Shown: in pieces, positions 43,951 to 58,052 of the stretch | Numbering within the stretch: position 1 is the first letter of the stretch | Layout of the letters: every line of letters starts with the position of its first letter | Source of the DNA: Eledone cirrhosa | Taxonomy: Eukaryota | Direction of reading: 5' to 3' | Assembly (NCBI GenBank): GCA_964016885.1 | Contig: OZ024765.1 | Coordinates: 11,656,001-11,720,000, forward strand | Length of the DNA stretch: 64,000 bases | Notes under the pieces: model-generated | Seen by the model: the letters and a program-made list of their open reading frames with translations, nothing else | Database searches by the model: none | Told to the model about the DNA's origin: nothing | Program-made: the position numbers and the translations under genes

Positions 43951-44321
43951 TTAAAGGGAAGGAAAAAAATTAAAATTAAAACAAGTGGTGAAAGGGTGTG
44001 AGGCGCGTGTAGAGGCGGTGGTGGGTGGGTGGATGGAGGGAGGGGGAGATGGGAGAAGGAAACAGGGGCTCCGAGCAGAGAGGGCGGAAGGAGGTGTGTG
44101 TGTATGTGTGTAAGTGTGCATGTGTGTAAGTGTGCATGTGTGTGTGTGTGAGAGTTTGGGGAAGAACGAGGTTCTTCGCCAACACGACCATCACAACCAT
44201 CACCCCTCCCCTCTACCCCCAACAGCTACCCTCCCCCCAGTCTAATTAAGTAATTTCTACACCTCAATACACCTGAAACATTTATTTCACACTTACCTCT
44301 CGATACACTAAAATATTTTAT

Positions 44322-44785
44322 ATAGTAGTAGTAGTAGTAGTAGTACCATTACCACTATTATTACCACCACCACTACCACTACTATTACCACTACCACTAT
44401 TATTACTAACACCACCACCACTACTACTACCACCACCACCATTACCACTACCACTATTATTACTACCACCACCACCACCACCATTACCACTACCACTATT
44501 ATTACTACCACCACCACTACTACCGCCACTACTACTACTACCACTACTATTACCATTACTACTACCGCCACCTCTACTACTACCGCTACTACCACCACTA
44601 CCATTACTACTACTACCACCATTACTACTACCACCATCACCATTACTACTACTACTACTACTACCACCACCAACACCACCATTACTACTACTACTAACAC
44701 CACTACTACTACTACTACTACTACCAACACCACTACCTCTACTACTACTACCACCACCAACACCACCATTACTACTACTACTAAC

Positions 44786-44823
<38 letters not shown>

Positions 44824-44923
44824 CAACATCGCTACTACTACCAACTGTACTACTACTACTACCACCAACACCACCATTACTACTACTACTAACACCACCA
44901 CCACTACTACTACTACCACCACC

Positions 44924-44954
<31 letters not shown>

Positions 44955-44955
44955 T
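44322..44955. repeat. (TAC/CAC)n tract
   Basis: Direct reading. Confidence 0.95.
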
Positions 44956-45146
44956 AAGAGGAACCAATTCTATTTGATGTGAAGGTGATAGTTGGGTTAT
45001 TCAGTAGCAGGATTACTGTCAAAGAAAATCCAAAGAACTTTCCATGAGAATATTCCAAGGACAGGAGTAGTTCCACTGTCTGAAGATAAGTGTGACTGAT
45101 ATTACTGATCTGATGAGATTAGACTGTGGAGATCAGATTGTGGACT

Positions 45147-45382
45147 GAGAGAGAGAGAGGGGAGGGAGATGAGAGAGAGGGAGAGGGGAGGGAGATGAGA
45201 GAGAGGGGGGGAGAATGGGGAGGGAGATGAGAGAGAGGGGGGAGAAGGGGGGAGATGAGAGAGAGCAGGGGAGAAGGGGGAGATGAGAGAGAGAGAGAGA
45301 AGGTGGGAGAGGGAGAAATGGATGGAGAGAGAGAGAGAGAGAGAACGAAAAACGAAAGGGGAGAGAGATGAGAGAGAGTGAG

Positions 45383-45436
<54 letters not shown>

Positions 45437-45632
45437 GGGAGAGAGAGAACGAAAGGGGAGAGAGAGAGATGAGAGAGAGAAATTGAGAGAGATGAGAGGT
45501 GAGAGAGAGAGATAGAGAGAGGGAGAGAAATAGAGAGAGAGAGAAATGTAGAGAGAGAAATGTAGAGAGAGGGAGAGAGATAGAGAGAGAGAGAAATGGA
45601 GAGAGAGAAGGGGGGGGGAGATGAGAGATAGT
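45147..45632. repeat. (GA)n polypurine tract
   Basis: Direct reading. Confidence 0.95.
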
Positions 45633-45704
45633 GAGGTTGATCAGAGGATTAAAGATAAGTGGATTGAAGATCAATCAAGGCAGTGTGAAACTGACTATTG
45701 ATAA

Positions 45705-46677
45705 TCTATGGTTTTATGTGTCTTGACCCACAGATATGTCTCTTGATCCAAAGATATGTGTGTGTTGAGTGATCAATGTGTGCTTTGATCCATAGATGTA
45801 TGTGTGTGTTTTGACCCATGGATATATGTCCTGATTCATAGATATATGTGCATATTGAGCCATGGATGTGTGTCTTGATACAAAGATATATGAGTGTTGA
45901 GATAGAAGTGTGTTTTTTTATCCATAGATGCATGTGTGTTGAGATATAGATGTGTGTTTTGATCTATAGATATGTGTGTTGAGTTATGGATGTGTCTTGA
46001 CCCACAGATATGTGTCCTGATTCATAGATATATGCGCATATTGAGCCATCTATGTGTGTCTTGATACATAGATATATGTGTTGAGATATAGATGTGTCTT
46101 GATACATAGATATATGTGTCTTGATCCTTATATATATGTGTCTTGATCCTTAGATATATATGTCCTGATCTTTATATATATGTGTCTTGTTCCTTAGATA
46201 TATATGTCTTGATCCTTATATATGTGTCTTGATCCTTAGATATATATGGCTTGATCTTTATATATATGTGTCTTGATCCTTAGATATATATGTCTTGATC
46301 CTTATATATATGTGTCTTGATACTTAGATATATATGTCTTGATCTTTATATATATGTGTCTTGATCCTTAGATATATATGTCTTGATCCTTATATATATA
46401 TGTGTCTTGATCCTTAGATATATATGTCTTGATCCTTATATATATGTGTCTTGATACTTAGATATATATGTCTTGATCTTTATATATATGTGTCTTGATC
46501 CTTAGATATATATGTCTTGATCCTTATATATATATGTGTCTTGATACTTAGATATATATGTCTTGATCTTTATATATATGTGTCTTGATCCTTAGATATA
46601 TATGTCTTGATCCTTATATATATATGTGTCTTGATCCTTAGATATATATGTCTTGATCCTTATATATATGTCTTGAT
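45705..46677. repeat. ~22-bp minisatellite TGTCTTGATCCTTAGATATATA
   Basis: Degenerate on the left, homogeneous from about 46110. Confidence 0.95.
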
Positions 46678-47673
46678 GTGTCACCCCCCCCAAAAAAAAA
46701 AAATTGCTGGCCTTGTGCCTAGAGTATAAATCATTATTTTTACCATAATATTCAAGCCTGAACAGGACAATTTGAGTTTTATTACAAGAAGTCGCACATC
46801 ATTTATAATATAAAGGAAAGTTGTCTCTGTGTGTATTCAGGTCGTACTCAGAAATTAGAGACAAATACCCACAAAAACTTTATATTATGTTTGCTTCTCT
46901 CACCAGACATGTAATGGTAGTTTTTATTATGGTGTATAAAACAGTAATTTATATTAAATGTCAATCTATTTATTTTTCATATTCATATCAAAACAATCTG
47001 ACCATTTTTTTGGTTGGTTGGTTGGTTGGTTGGTTGGTTGGGAGGGAGGGGAGGGAATTGTCTCTCTTTCTCCATTCTACAGAGAAGAATAGGGAGGATG
47101 AAAGAATAGAAGAGAAAATATGGGAGAAGAAGAGAAAGGGAAAGTAAAAAAAGACAAAAGGAAATATATGCCAAAATATATTGTTACTTTCATAAAATAC
47201 CCAGACATTACCAGGTACCTCAGCTAGTTCACAATAAAGAAAAGCTTTTATAACATAATTTGCCTTAGGCTTTTATGTGGATACATAAAAAAAAAACATG
47301 GTTGTCTCTCTCATTTGAATATATAAAAAATTTCAACAAGGAAGAAAATACTAAAATTTCATTAATTTATCACTGTCACTTGCTAAAACATTCCTATTTT
47401 TGTCTTGAAAGAAATTTCCACAAAAAAAAATCTTTATTAAATTGGAATTTTTTCAAAAGAAATCTTTGCAATTCAAGTCAGAATTTGCATTTCTCCATTT
47501 TAAGTTTTATCGCTTTTCTTTAGGACCAGGGACAATCTAGAAAAAAGTCAGGGTCAGCTGTGACAAATTAGTGTATCAGACAGAACAGCAGAACACCAGT
47601 AATGGGGGTGGTAATAGGGGACCACACAAACCAGTGAGTATAAGACAAACCAGGGAGTATAAGACTCAATACA

Positions 47674-47707
<34 letters not shown>

Positions 47708-47807
47708 CAGATACATATGTATATAGATTCCTGAGTTGCATCGAGGGATAACCACAGGCAAGACACATAAGGTTTGTATATACGCTGCAACACTGACTTT
47801 GATTCTT

Positions 47808-48370
47808 TTAACCCTTTAGTATTCACATTACTCTATATATACTATTGTATTTTCATGGTAAAGGCTTTACCTCACATAATACCTCACATAACATTTACAT
47901 TACTCTATATATACTATTATATTTTCATGGTAAAGGCTTTACCTCACATAATATCTCACATAACATTTACATTACTCTATATATACTATTGTATTTTCAT
48001 GGTAAAGGCTTTACCTTACATAACATTTACATTACTCTATATATACTATTGTATTTTCATGGTAAAGGCTTTACCTTACATAATATCTCACATACCATTT
48101 ACATTACTCTATATATACTATTGTATTTTCACAGTAAAGGCCTTACCTCACATAATATCTCACATAACATTCACATTACTCTATATATACTATTGTATTT
48201 TCATGGTAAAGGCTTTACCTCACATAATATCGAATCTATGAGATTTTGAAAGTATTTATTTTGAGAACAATACCTTAACATCAGTTTGAGCGACCAGTTA
48301 CAGCCAGTTTCAACAGAAAAAGGTAGAGAATTCTGGCTGGTTTTGGCCGGTTTGAACATTAAAGGGTTAA
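47808..48370 (+). mobile_element. piggyBac-like MITE with ~7 internal 60-bp units
   Basis: TTAA-CCCTTTA...TAAAGGG-TTAA. Confidence 0.85.
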
Positions 48371-48827
48371 ATCTATATACACTCTGTACACTAGAACTGC
48401 AACACTGGGATACAACCCAAACAAAACTGACCTCGTAACACTATCAAGCACTTTGAATGGTCTGCCACATGGTCTGTTGTTACCCATATATATATATATA
48501 TATTGTGCAATCGTGAGGTTGTGAGTTCAATTCCTGAACTGGACGATGCATTATGTCCTTGAACAAGACACTTTATTTCACGTTGCTCCTTCTACCTGGA
48601 GTTGTGACCAATAGATAGTATTAGTAATTTGAAAGACCAATGGAAACACTGTTTCCTCAGTCCGATTTGATGAAAGTCGATCGACTGAATATATATACCG
48701 AGACTTATGGCATTACGCAGTAATACAGAAGACCCAAGTTCCCACGAATACAAGCCAAAGCTGAAGCATATAGACAGTGTGCCTCCACTCCCTCTCACTG
48801 TAAAGTGGTTGTGTAGGCGCCACGGTA

Positions 48828-49352
48828 AAATCTGAGTTCAAATCCCGCCGAGGTTAACTTTGCCTTTCATCCTTACGGAGTCGATAAAATAAAGTACCAG
48901 TAATACACTGGATAATTGCTGGCAAAAATGTGGCAAAAATCGCCCGTGCTAGTGGGCCTACTCTGACCATGCCTCTATAGGCTGGCTAACTTGAGGAGGA
49001 GAGGGGGAGCCCTCCCCGTGTGCCCTAGAAGTGTCAGGTGGTTCAGAATTGGTAGTGTACCTGAGTCACCCCTGGTTCACCTCCACACCCCCCTATTAGA
49101 GAATGTTTTTTGTTATGTTTATACATAGTTTATTTTATATTTTCATTGTTAAATTAGTTTTGCTATTGTGCATTTTTACTCGAGCTTATTGTAAACCCCC
49201 ACTGTCCCTGTCTTTGTACTGTCCCTTACATGTCGGCCCCTGTGGCCAATAAATGAAATCATCATCATTATTATTATTATAAAGTACCAGTAATGCACTG
49301 GGTTATTGCTGGCCTTGTGCCAAAAGCAGAAACAATTATTATTATTATTATT
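48828..49352 (+). mobile_element. SINE A body / Tx1-like 3' end / SINE A tail chimera
   Basis: SINE 48828-48922, LINE 3' end 48923-49280, SINE tail 49281-49352. Confidence 0.75.
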
Positions 49353-49393
49353 TATCTATGTTCAGCTGTTTTTTTTTTTGTTTTTTTTTTTAA

Positions 49394-49582
49394 CGGTGGA
49401 TTGGCAGTATCAGTAGAGGGTCGGACGCCATGCTTTCCAGCATAGTTACGTCCCTTTACGATCTGAGTTCAAATCCCGCCGAGGTTGACTTTGCCTTTCA
49501 TCCTTACGGGGTCGATAAAATAAAGTACCAGTAATGCACTGGGTAATTGCTGGCCTTGTGCCTAAAGTAGAAACAATTATTT
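49394..49582 (+). mobile_element. SINE family A
   Basis: Same motifs as 10311. Confidence 0.85.
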
Positions 49583-49899
49583 ATCTATGTTCATACACAG
49601 AATAGAACTGGTGAGCTAAGGTTTCAAGGTCCAAATATGACCATCTCCGCCAAGATTGTGAAGTGCCAAATAGGAATGCAGTCAAATTTGAGACTTAGTC
49701 CTCTGAGCACCTGATGACTATATGTGCAATCTAAGGAGATGGTCATTATTGGACCATGTTCTCTCTGTTCTGTGTATCAACATAAATAAATGATATTATA
49801 TATCAGCTCTCATAACAGATTGAGAAATGTTTTCATTTTTCCCTTTCCATATTCACCAATTTTTCGCTATATACACATATATACATATACATATGCCCC

Positions 49900-50176
49900 C
49901 CCCCCCACCGCAAGGTGGTTGTGGAGGTGTCACGGCAAAAAAGCACCCAACCCACACTGTAAAGTGGACGTCTAGGCGCCACAAAAAAGCACCCAGCACT
50001 CACTGTAAATGAGGTTGGTGTTAGGAAGGGCATCCAGCTGTAGAAATCAAGCCAGATCAGTTCCTATATGAGCAAGGCATGGTCAGCCGACCAGACACTG
50101 CCCACAACAGGACAACCCGTCTAACCCATGCTAGCGTGGAAGAGCGGACGTAAAACGGTGATGATGATGATGATGA
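49900..50176 (+). mobile_element. RTE-tailed SINE 3' half
   Basis: GTTAGGAAGGGCATCCAGCTGTAGAAA...GGACGTAAAACG(GAT)n. Confidence 0.8.
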
Positions 50177-50619
50177 CATAGATGTATATCATCATCATCA
50201 TCATCATCATCGTTTAACGTCCATCTTCCACGCTTGCATGGGTTTGGACGGGAGTTTTCCCACTTGAGGCAAGAGTGGTTGTCTTGCTCGCATAGGACTG
50301 TCTGGCGGGTTTTCTACGGCTGGATGCCCTTCCTAACACCAACCACATTTACAGTGTGGAACTGGGAGGTTTTTACCGTGTTACCTACACGGCCACATTA
50401 CAGCGTGGACTGTGTGTTTTTTTGTCGTGACACATACATATGTATATATATACAAATATGTAGTTATATACAAATATGTATATATATACAAATATATGTA
50501 TATACATACAAATATATGTATATATATATATATACATACAAATATGTGTACATATATATATATATATATATAATGATAAAGGTTTATGAAGCTAGTCGAG
50601 GAGAATCGTACAGCTTCAG

Positions 50620-50676
<57 letters not shown>

Positions 50677-50725
50677 GGTAAACATTGATGCAATTCAATT
50701 CAAGCACTCAACATACTTTTTCCTT

Positions 50726-50761
<36 letters not shown>

Positions 50762-51850
50762 CCATTTGTTGAATGGGTAAACCATTTAATAGATTGGATT
50801 ATGTAAAAATACAGCCCTATCTTAATATTCATTCATATATTTATATGAGTGTATATATCTATATATACATATATATATCTAATGTGTATGTATGTAAGTG
50901 TGTATATATCTGTGTATATATATATATGTGTGTATATATATATATATATAGATAGATAGATATATATACACACATACTTACATATATACATATATATATA
51001 TATACATACATATATATATATATGAATATATGAATAAATATTAAGATGGGGCTGTGTTTTTACATAATCCAATCTATTAAATGGTTTACCCATTCAACAA
51101 ATTGACATCTATAATAACACAAATGTATCTTAATGTAGATTCAAATCACAATACATCATCGAATACTATTCTACAGGATTTACACAACACTGTCGATGGC
51201 ATACACCACATGTGGAGTGCTTAAACCTGCTTAAATAGTCGTTTATGGTCAGAACCGATAACAACACAACACTAGTAATAAATTAAATTGAAAGTCGAAT
51301 GACATATATATATAAAATAAACAGATCAAATAATTACTGTAATTACTTAGAATCTTTGAGGTTATTCCACAGGTGGTATGGTGAATGCTTCTGATATTCT
51401 AAGACATGAAATCTCTAATCTATTTTTGGTAGTGTCATCATCATCTTCGTTTAACGTCCATCTTCCACGCTAGCATGGGTTAGACGGGAGTTATCCGACC
51501 TGAGGCAAAGTTGGTCGGGTGACCGTGTCTCGCTTGTATAGGACAATCTGGCAGGTTTTCTACGGCTATACATATCATCATCATCATCAACGTTTAACGT
51601 CCGTGTTCCACGCTTGCATGGGTTTGGACGGGGGTTTTCCCACTTGAGGCAAGAGTGATTGTCTTGCTCGCATAGGACTGTCTGGCGGGTTTTCCACAGC
51701 TGGATGCTCTTCCTAACACCAACCACATTTACAGTGTGGGGCTGGGAGGTTTTTACCGTGTTGCCTACACGGCCACATTACAGCGTGGACTGTGTGTTTT
51801 TTGTCGTGACACCTACACGATCTCATTTGTTTCGGCCTGCATGTTGTGGC

Positions 51851-51882
<32 letters not shown>

Positions 51883-52073
51883 CATGATGGTTGCCCCCTC
51901 GTTATCGAGTATGGCCATTGCACGAGGAGAAAAAAAAAATATTAAAAGATAAATAAAAAATAAAATACAATAAAAAAAGAAATATATATATATATATAAT
52001 CATACGTTATTCCGGGTTGAATCGGAGGTAACCACAGTAAGTAAGGTACTCAATACATAGCAGAGTATAACAG

Positions 52074-52192
52074 TTTTAATATAGATGAGATTCTACAGGA
52101 CTAGAACTGTTTCATTCATTAGAAATCATCAGGAAGATGATTTCTAATGAATGAAACAGTTCTAGTCCTGTAGAATCTCATCTATATTAAAA
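52074..52192. repeat. Perfect 57-bp inverted repeat with a 5-nt loop, containing a hammerhead core
   Basis: Arms 52074-52130 and 52136-52192 checked base by base. Confidence 0.9.
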
Positions 52193-52491
52193 ATATATAT
52201 AATTATATATATACGTATATATATATATATACATATATGTATATATACGTACATATATATATACACACACATATATATATATATATAAACACACATAAAT
52301 ATATAGTGGTGGTGTATATATTTGTGTAAGTATGTCAGAGTGAAACCAATCTCTAAATAGACAGACTGAAAAAAAATTATTCGAAATGGATTTCAAATTG
52401 ATAGCACCCAGCACAAATTTTGACATGCTGTTGCACACATCCATACATACACATGCTTATTGCACATAAATGTATCTATCTATCTATCTAA

Positions 52492-52748
52492 GGCGGGTAA
52501 AATACCCGAGATCCATGGACGAGTTCTCTCCAGCGGTCTCTGTCCCTCATTATCGCTGCCATGTCCTGCGTCTCAACAGACCAGTGTCTGTCCTTAGGGC
52601 ATCAACATACGTTAACCTTGGTCTTCCTCTTCCAGTGTGTCCATGTAGGGGCTCCCACAGGAGCCCTGAGTGCAGTGTCAACTCTGGATATCGGTGAGCA
52701 TGTCCAGCTAACCACAGTCTCCTCTGTGTCACTTTTGAGCTGACTTTT
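52492..52748 (-). mobile_element. RTE-clade LINE 3' end
   Basis: [36 protein letters not shown]; same family at 13463-13600. Confidence 0.85.
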
Positions 52749-52919
52749 GTATATATATATATATGTATAGAGAGATGCATATGCATATATTTTTATATTT
52801 ATATATATAGAGAAAGAGAGATAGATAGATGTGTGTATATAAATATAGATGGATAGATAGAAGTTTACATACACTAACGTAACACATACATATATAAGTG
52901 TGTGTGTGTATATATACAT

Positions 52920-52952
<33 letters not shown>

Positions 52953-53002
52953 GAAGTTTACATACACTAATGTAACACATACATATATAAGTGTGTATAC
53001 AT

Positions 53003-53039
<37 letters not shown>

Positions 53040-53178
53040 ATGTGTGTGTCTGTGTGTATATATGTGTGGGTGTATATGGAATATACAGACACACAACATA
53101 TATCATATATATATACATGTATATGTAGACATGTCTACATACATACACATATACCATACATACATACATATGTGTGTG

Positions 53179-53233
<55 letters not shown>

Positions 53234-53264
53234 TTATATATATATATATGAATATGTATGTATG

Positions 53265-53334
<70 letters not shown>

Positions 53335-53499
53335 CATATATATATGCATATATATATATATGCATATATATATATATATATATATATACATACACGTACC
53401 AATTGATAAAAGTGTAACAGTAATTGATAACACCCAACACAGATTTTGACATGCTGCAACTCTATTTCTAGAATTAGACCTATTGATGTGTCTATACAC

Positions 53500-53603
<104 letters not shown>

Positions 53604-53628
53604 ATATATATACATATGTATGTATATA

Positions 53629-53662
<34 letters not shown>

Positions 53663-54595
53663 CATATATATATATACATATATATATTTGTGTATATATA
53701 TATATATACACATATATATATGTGTTAATCATATATATATATATATAATCTTTCTATATATATAAATATATATATATTTATAAACATATATATACATATA
53801 TATATATACAAATATATTAAATACGTTAAATATACGTTAAGGGTGAAAGCAGCGAATCTATATACAAATATATATATATACATGTATATTAATATATATA
53901 TTCATGTATATTAATATATATATAAATATATATAAATATAAGCATATATATACATAAATATATATAAATAAATATATATAAATATATACATATATATATA
54001 AATATATAGGTAAATATAAATATATACATATATATAAATATATATAAATATATAAATATATATAAATATTAACATATATATATATATAAATATATATAAA
54101 TAAATATATATAAATATATACATATATATATAAATATATATATATATAAATATATATAAATAAAAACATATAAATATATATATGAATAAATATACATATA
54201 TAAATCTATAAATATACATATATATATTTTCTTTTATGTGTTTTTTCCCCAAGTATTTTGCTAGATTAAATGTCGAGAAATTGGGGGAAAATATAAAAAT
54301 ATCATAAAAAATGGGGGAGAATATATCAAAATATCATAAAAGTACACTAGCACATTACTTTGGTGCCAAGAGGACTAATACTTGGTGAATTATGGTACGA
54401 TGATAAAGTACTACTGTTTTTCAGGATATTCATTTGTAGATTGTCATTTGTAACCATTGAATATCATCATTTATTGCAGACTGTTGAAGATTTCAATAAT
54501 ATATTCTCTATTGTCATGCGATATATTGATTAATATTTGTATGAATGTATAAACGTATGTCTGTCTATTGATATAAATATATATATATATATCTT

Positions 54596-55070
54596 GGGCG
54601 GGTGAAATTCCCAAGATCCATGGACGAGTTCTCTACAGCGGTCTCTGTTCCTCATTATCACTGCCATGTCCTGCATCTCCAAGAGATCAGTGTCTGTCCT
54701 TAGGGCATCAACATACCTTAACCTCGGTCTTCCTCTTCCAGTGTCAACTCTGGATGTTGGTTAGCATGTCCAGCTAACCTCAATCTCCTCTGTGCTATTT
54801 TCGAGCTGACTTTTGGGAGGCTCCCGTGCAGCTCTGAGTTCTTCATCCTCAGTGTATGCTGATTAATGTTCAGAGCCATCCTCAGCATTCTCGTGTAGCA
54901 CCCATCCACCATCTGAGTGAGTTTCTTGGTCAGTGTCCAAGTCTCAGACCCTGATATCACCACTGCTCTACACCAACACCAAAAGCCCAAGTCATTACAC
55001 CTGATGGGATTAGAGTTCTTTGAGATACTGGCTGGAGTGCCCCAGGGAGATACATTGGCTCCCTACCTTT
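54596..55070 (-). mobile_element. RTE-clade LINE fragment with inverted 5' piece
   Basis: Minus 54596-54970: GSETWTLTKKL..DGCYTRMLR..RRLRLAGH. Plus 54966-55070: LYTNTK..ITPDG..FFEILAGVPQGDTLAPY (RT core motif). Confidence 0.85.
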
Positions 55071-55368
55071 TATATATATACACAATGATATTAAATAAAT
55101 GGAAACTATATTTATAAAACCATATTTATTTTATTACATATATTTCAAGGGTACCAAGACAACATTGGTACGCTTTCATCAGATAAAATACAAAGTTTGT
55201 TTTATAAATAGAGACATACCCATGAAAATACCTTATCGGTTGGAAATTCATTGGATAGTCCATTATTTAATATTATTGAATATTTACTCCTGTAAACTGT
55301 TGAATGCTCTAAATCAGTTATAAACATTTATATTTGTCGGACTTCCAACAAATTAAATACCCCTTCTA

Positions 55369-55412
<44 letters not shown>

Positions 55413-55957
55413 GATATTAAATAATGGAAACTATATTTATAAAACCATATTTATTCTATTATATATATTTCAAGGGTACCAAAACTTTGGTACGCTTTCA
55501 TCAGATAAAATACGAAGTGTGTTTTATAAATTTTGATATATCCAAGGAAAATACCTTAATGGTGCAAGTTTTCCTTTATGATATTTTAATATTTTCCCCC
55601 AATTTCTCGGCATTTAATCTAGCAAAATACTGGGGAAAAAAACACACCACAAAAAATATATGTATATTTATAGATTTATATATGTATATTTATTCATATG
55701 AATAAAGTAGTAAAAAATTACTGACCTTTCCTTTTTATAGTTGTTTATAGTATATACATAACTATAAATAGTATTATCATATAATAATAATACTATTTAT
55801 AGTTATGTATATACTATAAACAACTATAAACAGGAAAGGTCAGTAATTTATTACTACCTTATTCCCAGTAAGGGAAATAGCTCAATGTAAATACATCAGA
55901 TGTTTTACAGAGCAGGAAAATAAATTAGACAATTATCAAAGTTGTGTTCAAATCATT

Positions 55958-56011
55958 TAATAGCTGACAATCGTTTCTTCCAAACTCTCGTTTGGAGTCC
56001 TCAGAGCATTA
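55958..56011 (-). ncRNA. Minimal type I hammerhead ribozyme (Penelope-like)
   Basis: Minus strand TAATGCT-CTGAGGA-cTCCAAAC-GAGA-GTTTGGAa-GAAAC-GATT-GTC^AGCtATTA. Confidence 0.8.
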
Positions 56012-56202
56012 TCAATGTTTGTACATATAATTAACCTCCTATTCAACTGAACAATAATATAGATACATATATATTGATGTTGTGAGCAACAGTTTCGTAT
56101 TTACAGGGTGGAATGGATGTGACATATATTTTACGAGAATTGTACAATAATTCAAATTAAAATTAAAAGCACAGAGTGCTTTATTTCATTATTAATTCAG
56201 TA

Positions 56203-56635
56203 AGGGCGGTGAATTGGCAGTATCAGTAGAGGGTCGGACCCCATGCTTTGACGCATAGAGTTACGGCCCTTTATGATCTGAGTTCAAATCCCGCCGAGGT
56301 TAACTTTGCCTTTCATCCTTACGGGGTCGATAAAAGAAAGTACCAGTCACGCACTGGGGTCGATTTAATCGACTTTCCTCTCTGCCAAAATTGCTGGCCT
56401 TTTGCCTATATAAGAAACGATTATTAATTCTGTAAGGGCGGTGAATTGGCAGTATCGGCAGAGGGTCGGACTCCATGCTTTGACGCATAGAGTTACGGCC
56501 CTTGCCATTCGGAGTTCAAATCCCGTCGAGGTTAACTTTGCCTTTCATCCTAACGGGGGTCGATAAAATAAAGTACCAGTAATACACTGAGGTAAATGCT
56601 GGCCTTGTGCCTATTGTAGAAACGATTATTAATTC
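56203..56635 (+). mobile_element. Two head-to-tail SINE family A copies
   Basis: Starts at 56203 and ~56435; both preceded by ATTATTAATTC.GTAA, which recurs after the second copy. Confidence 0.85.
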
Positions 56636-56921
56636 AGTAAGTAAGCATTTCTGGAATTTGAATTTTTTAATATATATTTGTTCATATTTCAATCAAAAAT
56701 GTTGTTTATAAGGCTGTACTGGGGTACATACATTGTTGTAAAGTAGCTTGATGATGTTGATGATGGCCATGGTGGTGATAATGAAGGTGGTGATGGCGGA
56801 GGTGGTGATGGTGATCATGATGATGATGATGATATCTGCCCACACACACACCATCACACCTCACCCCCCTGTCAGAAAAATTGTTGGCATCGACATATTG
56901 AATCTCTTGAAATTGTGGAGA

Positions 56922-56986
<65 letters not shown>

Positions 56987-57334
56987 GTATAAATATATAT
57001 GTATATACACACATATATATATATATATACACACATATATATATATATATGTGTGTGTGTGTGTATAAATATATATGTATATACACACATATATATATAT
57101 ATATATATACACATATGTATAATAACGTAGGCTAAACTGATGCGTGCATATATGTATGTGTACCTGTATGCATGTGTGTATATATATATATATATATATA
57201 TGTGTATATATATGTATATATGCATGCTACTGTACGTCTGTATACATATATGTATGTACGTATACATACATACTTACATTTAAGTAAGTGCCATACTAAG
57301 AGTGAGAAATGAAATTTCGTTTTCATTTTTTTTC

Positions 57335-57383
<49 letters not shown>

Positions 57384-57544
57384 TATATATATATTTATAT
57401 ATATATATATATATTAGAAAGTGAGGTTTTTTTTACAAAATGAAAAATAACCGAGGTGTCCTACACGAGTGGAAGTATAAAGAAAAAGGTCTGTGGTTTT
57501 TCTCACATCTGTGAGAAAAACCACAGACCCTCCATCTCAACTCA

Positions 57545-57582
57545 CCTTTTGAAAAGCAGAAGAACTGCGAAACCGGTAAAGG
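57545..57582 (+). ncRNA. Minimal type I hammerhead, U3-A8 core variant
   Basis: CCTT-TTGAAAA-GCAG aagaa CTGC-GAAAC cg GTA^AAGG, followed by AATAAA. Confidence 0.75.
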
Positions 57583-57651
57583 AACCAAATAAATATATAT
57601 ATTTTTTAAAAAAATAAGACTTCAGTTGCATTTTCGATTTCATCCCTTTTT

Positions 57652-57728
<77 letters not shown>

Positions 57729-57793
57729 CATATATATATATATACATATATACATGTATTATATGATTATGTTCACCTATTAGTGTTTATGTA

Positions 57794-57843
<50 letters not shown>

Positions 57844-58052
57844 AATATGTGTGTGTGTATACATACATACATACTTATATATATATATATATATGTATGT
57901 GTATGTATTTAGTTATAACCTCCTCCTATATATATATATATATATGTATTATATGATTATGTTCACATGTAAGTGTTTATGTGTGTGTGTGTGTATATAT
58001 ATATAGGCACACACACAAACATATACAGACACAAGCACATACATACATACAT

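Noticed and set aside
44990-45145. Possible exon (VAGLLSKKIQRTFHENIPRTG...) and a CTGATGA at 45109
   Set aside because: No recognisable homology, weak splice signals, and no GAAA for a ribozyme.
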